Below are positions 36,581 to 46,329 of a DNA stretch of 64,000 bases, piece by piece. The stretch is from positions 2,381-66,380 of the forward strand of contig CAZNHN010000002.1 in NCBI GenBank assembly GCA_964572415.1. Reading direction: 5' to 3'. Source of the DNA: an uncultured Phaeodactylibacter sp. Its GTDB lineage: Bacteria > Bacteroidota > Bacteroidia > Chitinophagales > Saprospiraceae. Within the stretch, counting starts at the first letter, position 1. Every line of letters starts with the position of its first letter. The notes below the pieces were generated by a model. The model was given only the letters and a program-made list of their open reading frames with translations, was not told the DNA's origin and ran no database searches. The translations under genes were made by a program, and so were the position numbers.

Positions 36581-37654
36581 ATGGCTTATCTTACGCTTAA
36601 AAAAAGTCACCTACAGCACAATTATGAGTACCTGGACAATATTTTCAAAAAGCACAATATTGACTGGGCCATCGTTACCAAGCTCTTGTGTGGCAACGAG
36701 GACTTCCTGAAAGAAGTCGTCAACCTGGGCATCAAAGAGGTCTGTGACAGCCGGATTTTCAACCTTGCCAAAATCAAGAAGGTTGCTCCGGATATGCAAA
36801 CAGTGTATATCAAACCGCCGGCTATGGGCGAAGTGGAAGATGTGATCCGCTACGCAGATGTAAGCTTCAACTCAGAAAGCGCGACAATCAAGTTGTTGTC
36901 TGAAGAGGCACAGCGGCAGGGGAAAGTGCACCGCGTGACTATCATGATTGAACTAGGTGACCTCAGAGAAGGTATCATGGGCGAAAACCTGATTGAGTTT
37001 TATGAGAAAATCTTCGAGCTGCCCAATATTGAAATCGTCGCTATTGGTTCTAACCTAAACTGCCTGCACGGTGTTATGCCCTCGGAAGACAAGCTGATAC
37101 AGCTGAGCCTTTACAAACAGCTCGTGGAAGCCAAGTTCAATAAGAAAATTCAGTGGATTACAGGAGGAACTTCGGTGGTGCTGCCTCTGTTGTTCCGCCA
37201 GCAAATACCTTCGGGCATCAATCACTTCCGCATCGGCGAAACGCTCTACTTTGGGGTAGACCTCTTTGAGGAAAAGCCCATCAAAGCCATGAAGCCTGAT
37301 GTCCTTCGGCTGTTCACGCAAATCATAGAGATCACGAAAAAGCCAAAAGTGCCAATCGGTCAGCTCGCGGCTAATCCATCCGGTGATGTTTTTGAAGTGA
37401 ATGAGGAAGACTATGGCAAAGAATCCTACCGGGCCATTCTTGATATCGGAACCCTGGATATTTCTGTGGAGTACCTCATCCCGGATGATGAAAACATTAA
37501 CATCGTCAATGCCAGCTCTGACATGCTGGTGGTGGACCTTGGCGACAAAAGCCCGGATTACAAAGTAGGCGACGAGATATCCTTTCAGCTTAAATACATG
37601 GGTGCCCTCAGCCTCCTAAACTCTGATTATATCGAAAAGCGGGTCATTGAGTAG
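36581..37654 (+). CDS. Alanine/ornithine racemase-family PLP enzyme (Orr-like)
   Basis: VTKLLCG lysine, DSRIFNL, ELGDLREG, GGTS, HFRIGETL, ASSDMLVVD. Confidence 0.85.
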   Translation: MAYLTLKKSHLQHNYEYLDNIFKKHNIDWAIVTKLLCGNEDFLKEVVNLGIKEVCDSRIFNLAKIKKVAPDMQTVYIKPPAMGEVEDVIRYADVSFNSESATIKLLSEEAQRQGKVHRVTIMIELGDLREGIMGENLIEFYEKIFELPNIEIVAIGSNLNCLHGVMPSEDKLIQLSLYKQLVEAKFNKKIQWITGGTSVVLPLLFRQQIPSGINHFRIGETLYFGVDLFEEKPIKAMKPDVLRLFTQIIEITKKPKVPIGQLAANPSGDVFEVNEEDYGKESYRAILDIGTLDISVEYLIPDDENINIVNASSDMLVVDLGDKSPDYKVGDEISFQLKYMGALSLLNSDYIEKRVIE

Positions 37655-37663
37655 GATAAAGCG

Positions 37664-38623
37664 CTACTCGTAGGCAATATGGAACAGGGCATCGCCCTGA
37701 TTTACCACAGCAGCATTACTGTGTCCAATAATGTAGCCGGTATGAGAAGCCTTTACCGCTTTGCTGTCTTTACTGCCATAAGGGTCATTGATCCAGCCTA
37801 TCTCCTCCCCTTTTTCAACCTGATTACCGGATGACTTTTCCCACAGGAAGAGCCCGGCTCTGGGAGAACGCACCCAGCTTTGGTGGCTGAAGTGCTGCCG
37901 CAGATAGGGCTGCCCGGATGCCTCCCCGGGAACCATATCCAGGTAGCTCAGTAGGCGGTCAAGCCCCGCAAGGCCGTACTCAATGGAGGCAGCGTCGTAG
38001 CGCTGACTCTCTCCACCTTCGAAGATCAGGGCAGGCTTGCCATGCTCCAATGCGATTTTCCGAAAAGATTTCTGAATGGGAGCTTTTGCTACACTAAAGG
38101 GAGCTCCGAAGACTTTAGCCAGTTCTTCGCTACGCTCATCCCCTTTGCTGTAGCGAATTTGCGGGTGATTGTAAAGGCTGCCTCCGCCCGTATGATAATC
38201 CAAAATGATATCCACACCGGGCAATACCTTCTTCGCCAAAGCATTAGCCAGGCGGGAAGCCAGAGAGCCCCGGCTGCTGCCCGGAAAAGAGCGGTTGATG
38301 TCCTTGCCATCCGGCACTTCGCGCGACCGGTTCACAAATCCGTACACATTGACCAGGGGGATGGCAACCACGCTTCCTTTTTGTAGATTAGCGAAGCGCC
38401 CGTTTTGGAGTGCCCGGCGCACGATTTCCACGCCGTTGACCTCATCCCCATGAATACCGGCCATCACCAGTAGCGCCGGACCGGGGGCCTCCGCACGAAA
38501 AACATGCGCCTCAATCCGGATAGGGTTACCGGAAGGCAGTTGGCCTACCGGAATCTTGACCACTTCCTCCTCCCCCGGGGCAATACTCGATTTGTGGATT
38601 TCCAATGGCAAAGATTCACTCAT
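37664..38623 (-). CDS. Succinylglutamate desuccinylase/aspartoacylase (M14-like) family protein
   Basis: AGIHGDEVNG, DINRSFPG, DYHTGG, FEGGE, C-terminal biotinyl-lipoyl-like segment. Confidence 0.92.
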   Translation of the reverse strand: MSESLPLEIHKSSIAPGEEEVVKIPVGQLPSGNPIRIEAHVFRAEAPGPALLVMAGIHGDEVNGVEIVRRALQNGRFANLQKGSVVAIPLVNVYGFVNRSREVPDGKDINRSFPGSSRGSLASRLANALAKKVLPGVDIILDYHTGGGSLYNHPQIRYSKGDERSEELAKVFGAPFSVAKAPIQKSFRKIALEHGKPALIFEGGESQRYDAASIEYGLAGLDRLLSYLDMVPGEASGQPYLRQHFSHQSWVRSPRAGLFLWEKSSGNQVEKGEEIGWINDPYGSKDSKAVKASHTGYIIGHSNAAVVNQGDALFHIAYE

Positions 38624-38629
38624 ACTGGA

Positions 38630-39514
38630 CTAAAGATTATTTGCTTTGGCCTGTTCAATAAATTGGATGATTCTTTTAGCAACATTTATACCAGTGACGG
38701 TCTCTATGCCCTCCAGGCCCGGTGAGGCGTTGACTTCCATAATCAGTGGGCCACGCTCTGAGCGCAGAAAGTCCACGCCTCCCACATGCAGCCCCATGAT
38801 TTGCACCACCCTGATGGCCAGTTCCCGCTCTTCCGGAGTAAGCTTCACCTGCCGGGCAGAGCCCCCCCGGTGCAGGTTCGACCGGAACTCCCCGGGCCGG
38901 GCCTGCCGTTCCATTGCAGCAACGACCTGATCATTGACGACCAGCACCCGGATATCGCGGCCCTTTGACTCCCGGATGAACTCCTGCAGCATTACACGCT
39001 TATTCAGGCGCTGAAAGGCCTCCACCGTGGACTCTACGGTACGAAAAGTCTCCGCAAGTATGACCCCTATGCCGTGGGTGCCTTCCAGGAGTTTCACTAT
39101 GATTGGAAGCCCGCCAAGCTGGCTGACTGCCGCCTGCATATTTTGTCCGGAGGCCACGAAAAGCGTTTTGGGGATTTGAACCCCATGCTGTGCCAACCGG
39201 TGAAGACAGCGCAGCTTATCTCTGGCTTCAATAAGGGCAGCGGCTTTGGCAGTCACAAAAACGTTCATGTTTTCAAACTGACTGATGACCGATGCACCGA
39301 TGGAGGTCACCGAAGCACCAATCCGTGGGATCACGGCATCGAAGTGCTCCAGTCTATGGCCCTGATAGAGTATTCGGGGACAGTCCCGCTCCAGTACAAG
39401 GGAACAGCGGGTGTGATCTACCACATGCATTTCGTGCCCTTTCCGGGTGCCTGCCCGGATCAGGCTTTGAGTGGAATACAACTGTGGGCCACGGGAAAGA
39501 ATCGCGATTTTCAT
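38630..39514 (-). CDS. rimK: RimK family alpha-L-glutamate ligase (ATP-grasp)
   Basis: DAVIPRIGASVT, ARDKLR, KLLEGTHGIGV, QEFI, FRSNLHRGG, EVNASPGLEGIE. Confidence 0.93.
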   Translation of the reverse strand: MKIAILSRGPQLYSTQSLIRAGTRKGHEMHVVDHTRCSLVLERDCPRILYQGHRLEHFDAVIPRIGASVTSIGASVISQFENMNVFVTAKAAALIEARDKLRCLHRLAQHGVQIPKTLFVASGQNMQAAVSQLGGLPIIVKLLEGTHGIGVILAETFRTVESTVEAFQRLNKRVMLQEFIRESKGRDIRVLVVNDQVVAAMERQARPGEFRSNLHRGGSARQVKLTPEERELAIRVVQIMGLHVGGVDFLRSERGPLIMEVNASPGLEGIETVTGINVAKRIIQFIEQAKANNL

Positions 39515-39549
39515 AATTCCGAATGGTTATTCGTAATTTACGCTCTGTT

Positions 39550-39557
39550 CAAAGGTA
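39550..39557 (-). promoter_or_regulatory. -7 promoter element (TACCTTTG) for rimK
   Basis: Exact TAnnTTTG ~36 nt upstream of the rimK ATG; same octamer as upstream of nadE. Confidence 0.5.
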
Positions 39558-39587
39558 ATCTAATTTTCTTCACGCTTACCACTTCTC

Positions 39588-40892
39588 ATGGCTTCATCTT
39601 CCGCAGGGTTCCCGATTAACGATAAACGCATTATCAATGGCTGGGCCATTTTTGACTGGGCCAACTCCGCTTTTGCGCTGGTGATAACCGCAGCGATTTT
39701 CCCCGCCTACTTTGTGGCGGTGACGGATGAGGAACTCTCCGTTTTTGGGATGGAAATGTCCAACAGTTCCTTATATACCTTTGCTATTTCAGCTTCGTAC
39801 TTCATTATTGCCCTCTTCTCTCCTTTACTATCGGGTATAGCTGACTACGGAGGGCGAAGGAAATTTTTCCTTAAGTTTTTCACCATCCTGGGGTCTGTAT
39901 CCTGCCTGTCGCTTTTCTTTTTCAAAGGCATGGGGCAGCTTGAACTGGGGACGATTGGCTTTATGCTGTCAATGATCGGTTTTGCCGGTGGGCTGGTATT
40001 TTACAATGCCTTTCTGCCCGTGATTGTAACGGAAGATCTCTACGACAGGGTGAGTGCCAGGGGGTTCTCCTTTGGCTATATCGGGAGTGTCATTTTGCTT
40101 ATCATCAACCTGGTGATGGTGCAATTCTGGGGAGATTTTGGTTTCCCGGATCAGGGGACGGCTACCCGGTACGCCTTTCTTTCCGTGGGGCTGTGGTGGA
40201 TTGGCTTTGCGCTCATCCCATTCCGGCGGCTGCCTTCGGATGAAAAGCAGAAGGCCTCTCCTGAAATGCTGCGCAAAGGGTTTCAGGAGTTAAAGAAGGT
40301 CTGGCGCGCGGTGAAGGAGGAGCAAAATATCCGTTCCTTCCTATTCTCTTTTTTCTTTTACAGCGCCGGGGTTCAGACTGTACTTTTCCTGGCCAGCACT
40401 TTTGCCAGTAAGGAGCTCAATTTTGGCACCTCCGAACTCATTGTCATCATTCTCCTGCTTCAGATTGTCGCTATTCTGGGCGCATTCAGCTTCGCCCGCC
40501 TGTCGGAGTGGAAAGGCAACAAAGTGTCCCTGATTGTGATGCTGCTGATTTGGACGGCTATCTGTGTAGTAGGATATCTGGTGCAGGAAAAAACCCAATT
40601 TTACGCGATCGCGGCATCCGTTGGGCTGGTCATGGGCGGCATACAGTCTTTGTCCCGGTCTACCTATTCCAAGCTGATTCCGGAAAACTCAGACGATACG
40701 ACCTCCTACTTCAGTTTTTACGATGTCTTGGAGAAGGTAGCCATTATTGTTGGCACGTTCACCTTTGGGTTTATGGAGCAGGTGACGGGCAGCATGCGGC
40801 TGAGTATGCTGGTGCTGAGCGGGTTCTTTTTGGTTGGGCTGCTTTTGCTGCTCAGGGTGAAGGTTCGGTCTACCGCTGCGCCAAATAATTAA
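39588..40892 (+). CDS. MFS transporter, UMF1/Atg22-like
   Basis: GWAIFDWANSAF, VFYNAFLP, SARGFSFGYIGS, GGIQSLSRS; 12 TM. Confidence 0.92.
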   Translation: MASSSAGFPINDKRIINGWAIFDWANSAFALVITAAIFPAYFVAVTDEELSVFGMEMSNSSLYTFAISASYFIIALFSPLLSGIADYGGRRKFFLKFFTILGSVSCLSLFFFKGMGQLELGTIGFMLSMIGFAGGLVFYNAFLPVIVTEDLYDRVSARGFSFGYIGSVILLIINLVMVQFWGDFGFPDQGTATRYAFLSVGLWWIGFALIPFRRLPSDEKQKASPEMLRKGFQELKKVWRAVKEEQNIRSFLFSFFFYSAGVQTVLFLASTFASKELNFGTSELIVIILLLQIVAILGAFSFARLSEWKGNKVSLIVMLLIWTAICVVGYLVQEKTQFYAIAASVGLVMGGIQSLSRSTYSKLIPENSDDTTSYFSFYDVLEKVAIIVGTFTFGFMEQVTGSMRLSMLVLSGFFLVGLLLLLRVKVRSTAAPNN

Positions 40893-40916
40893 GCTTTCAG
40901 AACCCTTCGGGGCATA

Positions 40917-40964
40917 AAAGAGCCCCGCCCGGCGCGCTGCAAGAGCGGTCGGGCGGGGCTTTTC
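40917..40964. terminator. Bidirectional intrinsic terminator
   Basis: AGCCCCGCCCGG...TCGGGCGGGGCT stem with A-rich and T-rich flanks, between convergent genes. Confidence 0.8.
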
Positions 40965-41015
40965 TATTTCGTCGATGAGTAGCTGAATATAAGGTTCAGC
41001 GTACCCAAAGGCTTC

Positions 41016-44000
41016 TTACTGAATCACAACGGACTGCGTAAACTGCGCCTGTCCGTCAACCACCTGCAGCATGTAAGTGCCGGCAGCGAGGTTGCGTACA
41101 TCAAGCTCGATGTTGTCGCTCTGCAGCGTACCAAGATCACGGCTCAGTACCACCTGACCTAATGCGTTAATCAGGCGGATATTGAGGCGATTCGCCACTT
41201 CCGGAAGGTCGATCTGTACATTCAGTACATCCTTCGCAGGGTTAGGGAATACCGCAACACCTTGCTCAAGCGCTAAGTCGCTCACGTCAACCGTCTGACA
41301 AGGTACACAGTAGGCGAAGCATACCGGGTCAACTACCAGTGGAGCATCCCCAACCTCGATAACACGGTTGCCAAATTCACCCGTTGCACAGTTCTCATCA
41401 CCAATGCTGGTATCAACTGTTTCCCAGCCATCAGGACCGTTCTTGAACTTATACTCAGCAGAAGAGTTTTCAGGGATCTGCACGGTAGCAGTATAGATAT
41501 TGTCCCCGTCCAGGTCAGACATTTGAACGTTGTTGAAATCGCTGAAGCTACCGGCCAGGAATACACCATCTGCGCTCAGCTCACCTGCATCTATGAGCAG
41601 GGATACGTCAACAGCCAACTGTACGTTCACAGTTGGTGGCGGAGGCAGCATGAAAGTCAGCTCCCATTCAAATTCAACATTATCCCAAAGATCAATCCAC
41701 TCAATGTAGTAAGTGGTGCCTGCAGTTACCTCAAGCTCCTGAATATTTGAAGAGAACCCTGTACCACAACCGTCTTCATCATCGCTGAAAGTAACAGCTT
41801 CCAATGAATTGACATTGTCGCAAGTACCGGTATAAACAATGACATAGGTATCTTCCCCACTATCGCAGGAAGTGATACCTACCAAGCCATCCTCTTCCGG
41901 AGTGAAGGAGTACCATGCCGAACCTACGTACATTTGAGGTGCAAAAATAGCGGAAGTCGGGCTGGAAGAAGCTCCCAGTGTTCCAAAGGCAACACTAGCT
42001 TCACCAAACTCGCTGGTGGTATAAGTTCCAGGCTCCACAGCTAGTGCAGAAGCACAGAAATTGGATTCTGGCAGTTCACCCTCAGTAAAGGTTAGCTCGA
42101 AGTCAAATCCATTAGAACTCCAATAGTCATCCCACACAATATAGTAAGTTTCGCCGGCAGTAACCGGAGCCTCTGCCAGTGTTGCCCAGGGATTACCATT
42201 AGCCATCTCACAGCGATCATCGTTGGCGCCAAGAATAGCCAGGTCATCGCAGCTACCGCCCAGGATGTAGGCCCGCGTATCCTCTGGATTACCACAGGAA
42301 CTAATGGTTATATAGCCGTCCGCTGCAGCGGTATAGCTGAACCAACGTGACTGCAGCCCTGTGCCGTCACCCTGCCGGTAAAAGAAACCACCTCCAAAGC
42401 AATCCAGTGAATCAACCGTGACGGTACCTGCCTCCACCGGAGTAGCAGACTGACAGTACAGCCCCTCTGCCGGATCAGGAATCAGCGCGAAGAGGAAATC
42501 ATCAATGAAGAAACGGTAGGTTTCATCAATCGGGAAGAAGTTCACGCTACCGATAGACTGTAGTCCATCAGTGGCAAAAGTGGCAAAAGTCAGTGGCCAT
42601 GAGGAAACAAAAGTTCCGTTAACATGTACCCGGGCCAGGTTGTTATCAACGTCAATAACATTTACAACCTGGAACCATTCGCCTTCCGGGTAAGTGAAAC
42701 GCGCTCTCGGCTCAGCCGAGCTTGGGCTACCTGCCTCGAGCCGCCCTGTTCCGTCACCATCAAAGTGCAGCTGGAAGCCCCACTCTACAGCGGTCATAAC
42801 GTCTTTCTGGAAGTTATAGTAGGCACCATTACCTTCTGGTATGTACATATTCCACTGGGCGACATAGTGGCCCTCAGTAATATTCGTACTGTTGAGCAGG
42901 TAAATAGGGTCATCATCACCACCTACCCCATTGATTTCATGGGAAAGAGAACCACTGAATGCAAATTCATCGCTAATCACAGCTGTGGTCCAGTCTGCAC
43001 TCCAGGGCTGGATAAAGGCTGCACCTGGAGCCTCACCGGCAGTATCTCCCTCAAAGTCCTCAGAGAGGATTACGGTTGGATTGTCGCAAGTTGCCTCTAC
43101 AAGTGGGCAGGGACCGCAAGCGCCGAAGCAAACTGCCCCTACACTTGCCGGCTCAATAGCCGTATTGATAAACGGACGGACATTGAAGCCGAAACCACTT
43201 GGTACGACAAAGCAGGAATCCGGGATCATTTCCACATTTGCAGGATCCACACCGCCGTTTACGAAAGCGTAGCCGATAGTGTCCAACGTTGTCACAGGAA
43301 CGATTGCCGAGTAGATGCCATCGCCATCATCATCAGTCATTGCAAAAATGCCCACATCTGCAACATCATCGACGCCAGGGCCGCCAACGACCATATTGAC
43401 ACCGTCTGCCGAAACGACCTCGTTTTGCATATCAACATTGAAAGTAATATCTACTTCAGTGAATGCACCTTGTGTCAATGTGAAGTCAAAGCCATCTGAA
43501 GACAGAGGGTTATCCCAAACCAGGTAATAGTCAGAGCCTTCTTCTACAATAATGTCGAGTACAGAACCATCACTATCAGGGCAACCACCAACAGCGACAT
43601 CATAAATGTTGAGGTCAGCTGCACATCCGTTCGGGTGAACAGTAACAATAAGGCGCGTGGCCGTTGGGCTTGCGCAGGAGCTGATATTTAGCACACCGTC
43701 TGCGGGAGCGGTGTACTTGTACCACAGTTCGCCGGTAGCGTTCGTAAAGGTATTCCCATTTGTAGGGATTGAGTCTACGGTGTAGGTACCTTCGGTAACC
43801 TCAATGGCTGTTTCGAAGTCCCAGCCATCAGGTGCGGGTGGTGGAGGGTCAGCCTGTACATAAGTAACTGTTACTCCTGTCTCCATACGGATAGTCTGAC
43901 AGTCATTGAAGCTTAACATCACTGTTGGGATGGTCGCCAGACAAGCATCAGACCCTCCGAGCGTGATGACCGTATCGGGGTTGACCATGTCATTATTACA

Positions 44001-44330
44001 AATGATTACACCAGCTGCGCCGGCAGCCTGTGCTGCCAGTGTCTTGTTGACAAATCCGCATCCACCACGGTCGATCAGTGCAATAGAACCGGAAAGGTCA
44101 TCGGTAATCTCAACACAGGCAGTGGTCTCACCGGCCGAATCGGTAACTTCGACAACGGGACCGGAGAAGCTACTACCAAACAGAGGGCCATAGACTGTAC
44201 CTCCAAAAGTGTACTCACCAGCTATACTTGCCGGTGCATCTACAGTAAACGTCTGTGCCTGCAAGGCAGTCATCGCGAAAGCCATGACTGCTACCAGTGC
44301 AAGCAGCTTGTTCATGTAAGTTTTTTTCAT
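41016..44330 (-). CDS. T9SS type A sorting domain protein: PA domain, repeated beta-sandwich modules, two E-set/CBM-like domains, jelly-roll domain
   Basis: PA: IALIDRGGCGFVNKTLAAQAAGAAGVIICN. E-set-like: GSFSDFNNVQMSDLDGDNIYTATV...YKFKNG. CTD: VFPNPAKDVLNV...GTYMLQV. Confidence 0.88.
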   Translation of the reverse strand: MKKTYMNKLLALVAVMAFAMTALQAQTFTVDAPASIAGEYTFGGTVYGPLFGSSFSGPVVEVTDSAGETTACVEITDDLSGSIALIDRGGCGFVNKTLAAQAAGAAGVIICNNDMVNPDTVITLGGSDACLATIPTVMLSFNDCQTIRMETGVTVTYVQADPPPPAPDGWDFETAIEVTEGTYTVDSIPTNGNTFTNATGELWYKYTAPADGVLNISSCASPTATRLIVTVHPNGCAADLNIYDVAVGGCPDSDGSVLDIIVEEGSDYYLVWDNPLSSDGFDFTLTQGAFTEVDITFNVDMQNEVVSADGVNMVVGGPGVDDVADVGIFAMTDDDGDGIYSAIVPVTTLDTIGYAFVNGGVDPANVEMIPDSCFVVPSGFGFNVRPFINTAIEPASVGAVCFGACGPCPLVEATCDNPTVILSEDFEGDTAGEAPGAAFIQPWSADWTTAVISDEFAFSGSLSHEINGVGGDDDPIYLLNSTNITEGHYVAQWNMYIPEGNGAYYNFQKDVMTAVEWGFQLHFDGDGTGRLEAGSPSSAEPRARFTYPEGEWFQVVNVIDVDNNLARVHVNGTFVSSWPLTFATFATDGLQSIGSVNFFPIDETYRFFIDDFLFALIPDPAEGLYCQSATPVEAGTVTVDSLDCFGGGFFYRQGDGTGLQSRWFSYTAAADGYITISSCGNPEDTRAYILGGSCDDLAILGANDDRCEMANGNPWATLAEAPVTAGETYYIVWDDYWSSNGFDFELTFTEGELPESNFCASALAVEPGTYTTSEFGEASVAFGTLGASSSPTSAIFAPQMYVGSAWYSFTPEEDGLVGITSCDSGEDTYVIVYTGTCDNVNSLEAVTFSDDEDGCGTGFSSNIQELEVTAGTTYYIEWIDLWDNVEFEWELTFMLPPPPTVNVQLAVDVSLLIDAGELSADGVFLAGSFSDFNNVQMSDLDGDNIYTATVQIPENSSAEYKFKNGPDGWETVDTSIGDENCATGEFGNRVIEVGDAPLVVDPVCFAYCVPCQTVDVSDLALEQGVAVFPNPAKDVLNVQIDLPEVANRLNIRLINALGQVVLSRDLGTLQSDNIELDVRNLAAGTYMLQVVDGQAQFTQSVVIQ

Positions 44331-44473
44331 ACGAAACGTATTGAATTGAGTGAATAGAATAAAAAGTTAACAATTGGTTGAACAGCGAAAACAGCAAGCG
44401 TAAGCAGCTTCTGATTCTGCTGTTTATCTTGAAAGCCACGACACCTGATGTACATACGCCGGGCTTTGTTTTA

Positions 44474-46246
44474 TCATTGAATAAATATCGTTTGGGTGGC
44501 TTGCCGGTTGCCCATTAGTATACGTACCTGATAAGTCCCTGAGGGCAGGCCCTGCACAGGCAACTGAAAAAGCGTTTCTCCTTTGCCTGACTGCCTTTCC
44601 ACAAGTGGTTGCCCCAGCATATTCAGCAGGGTTACTTGTACGCGCTCTGTGGTTTGACCGGGCTCCAGCCGGATATTCAATACATCCGAAGCCGGATTAG
44701 GAAAAACCGTAAAGCTTTGCTTTAGGGCATCGTCCTGTCTCACGCTTACAAACGAATCAAAACCAAGTTCCCAGATATAGATTTCATCGGTAGGCCCATC
44801 CATCCAGCGGTCAATCCACTCGATGTAGTAGGTTTCTCCCGCAACAACTTCAATGCTATCCAAGCTTGAGGTCAGGAGCCCTTCTCCGCAACCATTATCA
44901 TTTTGAGCCACCAGGCTAAGCCCTTCAAAGGTGGAGCAGTCACCGGTATACACAAAAAAGTGGGTATCACTTACCGCCAAGTCACAAGCAGAAATGCTCA
45001 TATAACCATCTGAATCCGGCGTAAACTGATACCATTTGGATTGAGCATAGTTGGTAGTTGAGCTAGTTGTATTGTTAATGTTTGGTCCAGCCACAGCTGA
45101 TTCGCCATTAATGGTGCCTACTTCGTACTCGCCAGGCTCGATATCTTGGGCAGATTCGCAGAACTGCCCCTCTGCAGGTGCTTCTTCTACCAAGGCCAGT
45201 TCAAAGCCAAATTCACCATTATCCCAAGCATCATCAAACATAATAAAATAGGTATCTCCCGCTGTAACGACCGCTTCCCGGTAGGAAGCATAGTCATTAC
45301 CATTTCCGGTATCACAGCGGTCGTCATTAACACCGACAATACCCAAATTCTCGCAGTCCGCCCCTTTGAAAATCCAGAGGCGGGTATCCTCTCCTCCTCC
45401 ACAACTCGCCACCGACATAATACCATCTGTAGCTGGAGTGTACATGTACCAGTAGGCGCTGAAGCCACTACCGCCGCCCCCCTGATCATAACTGCCGCCG
45501 TAGCAGTTCAACCCTGGAACTTCATAAAAGCCCGGCTCCTCCAAGGTTTCTGCTGTGTAGCAATACTGCCCGGCTTCCGCTGCCGGGATTTCCAGCAGGC
45601 TGATATCATCTATAAAATAGGAATGCCCGGTGGTCTGCGGGTAGAAATTTATGCTGTGCATCTGGCTGGACTCCATGCTGCCGCTGCTAAACGGCCAGGT
45701 ATCCACTGTTCTTTCATTAACGACGAGGCGGGCGTAGTCGCTGTCTATGTCTATAAAAAGATACACCGGAAACCACGTGCCGGAGGGGTAAGAAAAAGAG
45801 GCATCATCGCTGCCATCATATTTTTCAAGTGTTCCTGTTCCGCCTTCGAAGAGCACGTCAAACGCCCAGAACCCATCTGTATCAGTTGGAGCTTCGTGCT
45901 GCAGGTTGAAATAGGCGCTGGTGCTGTCGTATACAAACATAGACCAGGACAGGACGTAGTGCCCGCTTTCCTGCCCGCCGAGTAGCAACAGGGCATCCTG
46001 CCCGTCGATGTTTCCGTCTATTTTGATCGAATTATCGCCCGTATTGGCTTGCTCAGTGGAGACTTCTGCTCCGGCTGTAGCGCCTGGCCAGGTATCCCAA
46101 TCCTCTGACTGGAAGGTAATATCGCCGGTGGCATAAGCTGAGAGGTCATCCATCAACAAAACTCCTGGCTCATCACATGTGACCTGTGCGTTAAGGGCTG
46201 AACTAAATAATCCTAATAAGAGAACAAAAGTGTAGCGTTTTTTCAT
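44474..46246 (-). CDS. T9SS type A sorting domain protein, shorter paralogue of 41016..44330
   Basis: Shares the jelly-roll and WYxYT..DG..SC..DT repeat modules; CTD VFPNPASDVLNI...GTYQVRI. Confidence 0.88.
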   Translation of the reverse strand: MKKRYTFVLLLGLFSSALNAQVTCDEPGVLLMDDLSAYATGDITFQSEDWDTWPGATAGAEVSTEQANTGDNSIKIDGNIDGQDALLLLGGQESGHYVLSWSMFVYDSTSAYFNLQHEAPTDTDGFWAFDVLFEGGTGTLEKYDGSDDASFSYPSGTWFPVYLFIDIDSDYARLVVNERTVDTWPFSSGSMESSQMHSINFYPQTTGHSYFIDDISLLEIPAAEAGQYCYTAETLEEPGFYEVPGLNCYGGSYDQGGGGSGFSAYWYMYTPATDGIMSVASCGGGEDTRLWIFKGADCENLGIVGVNDDRCDTGNGNDYASYREAVVTAGDTYFIMFDDAWDNGEFGFELALVEEAPAEGQFCESAQDIEPGEYEVGTINGESAVAGPNINNTTSSTTNYAQSKWYQFTPDSDGYMSISACDLAVSDTHFFVYTGDCSTFEGLSLVAQNDNGCGEGLLTSSLDSIEVVAGETYYIEWIDRWMDGPTDEIYIWELGFDSFVSVRQDDALKQSFTVFPNPASDVLNIRLEPGQTTERVQVTLLNMLGQPLVERQSGKGETLFQLPVQGLPSGTYQVRILMGNRQATQTIFIQ

Positions 46247-46270
46247 ACTAATGTTTGTGCTTTATATGCC

Positions 46271-46290
46271 TCAGGCTTCCTGAAGCCTGA
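46271..46290 (-). terminator. Short hairpin downstream of the Gfo/Idh/MocA gene
   Basis: TCAGGCTT-cctg-AAGCCTGA perfect 8-bp stem; no strong U-tract. Confidence 0.45.
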
Positions 46291-46329
46291 AATAATCGGT
46301 TTATAGTTTAATGGCTCTGATCTTTCCTT

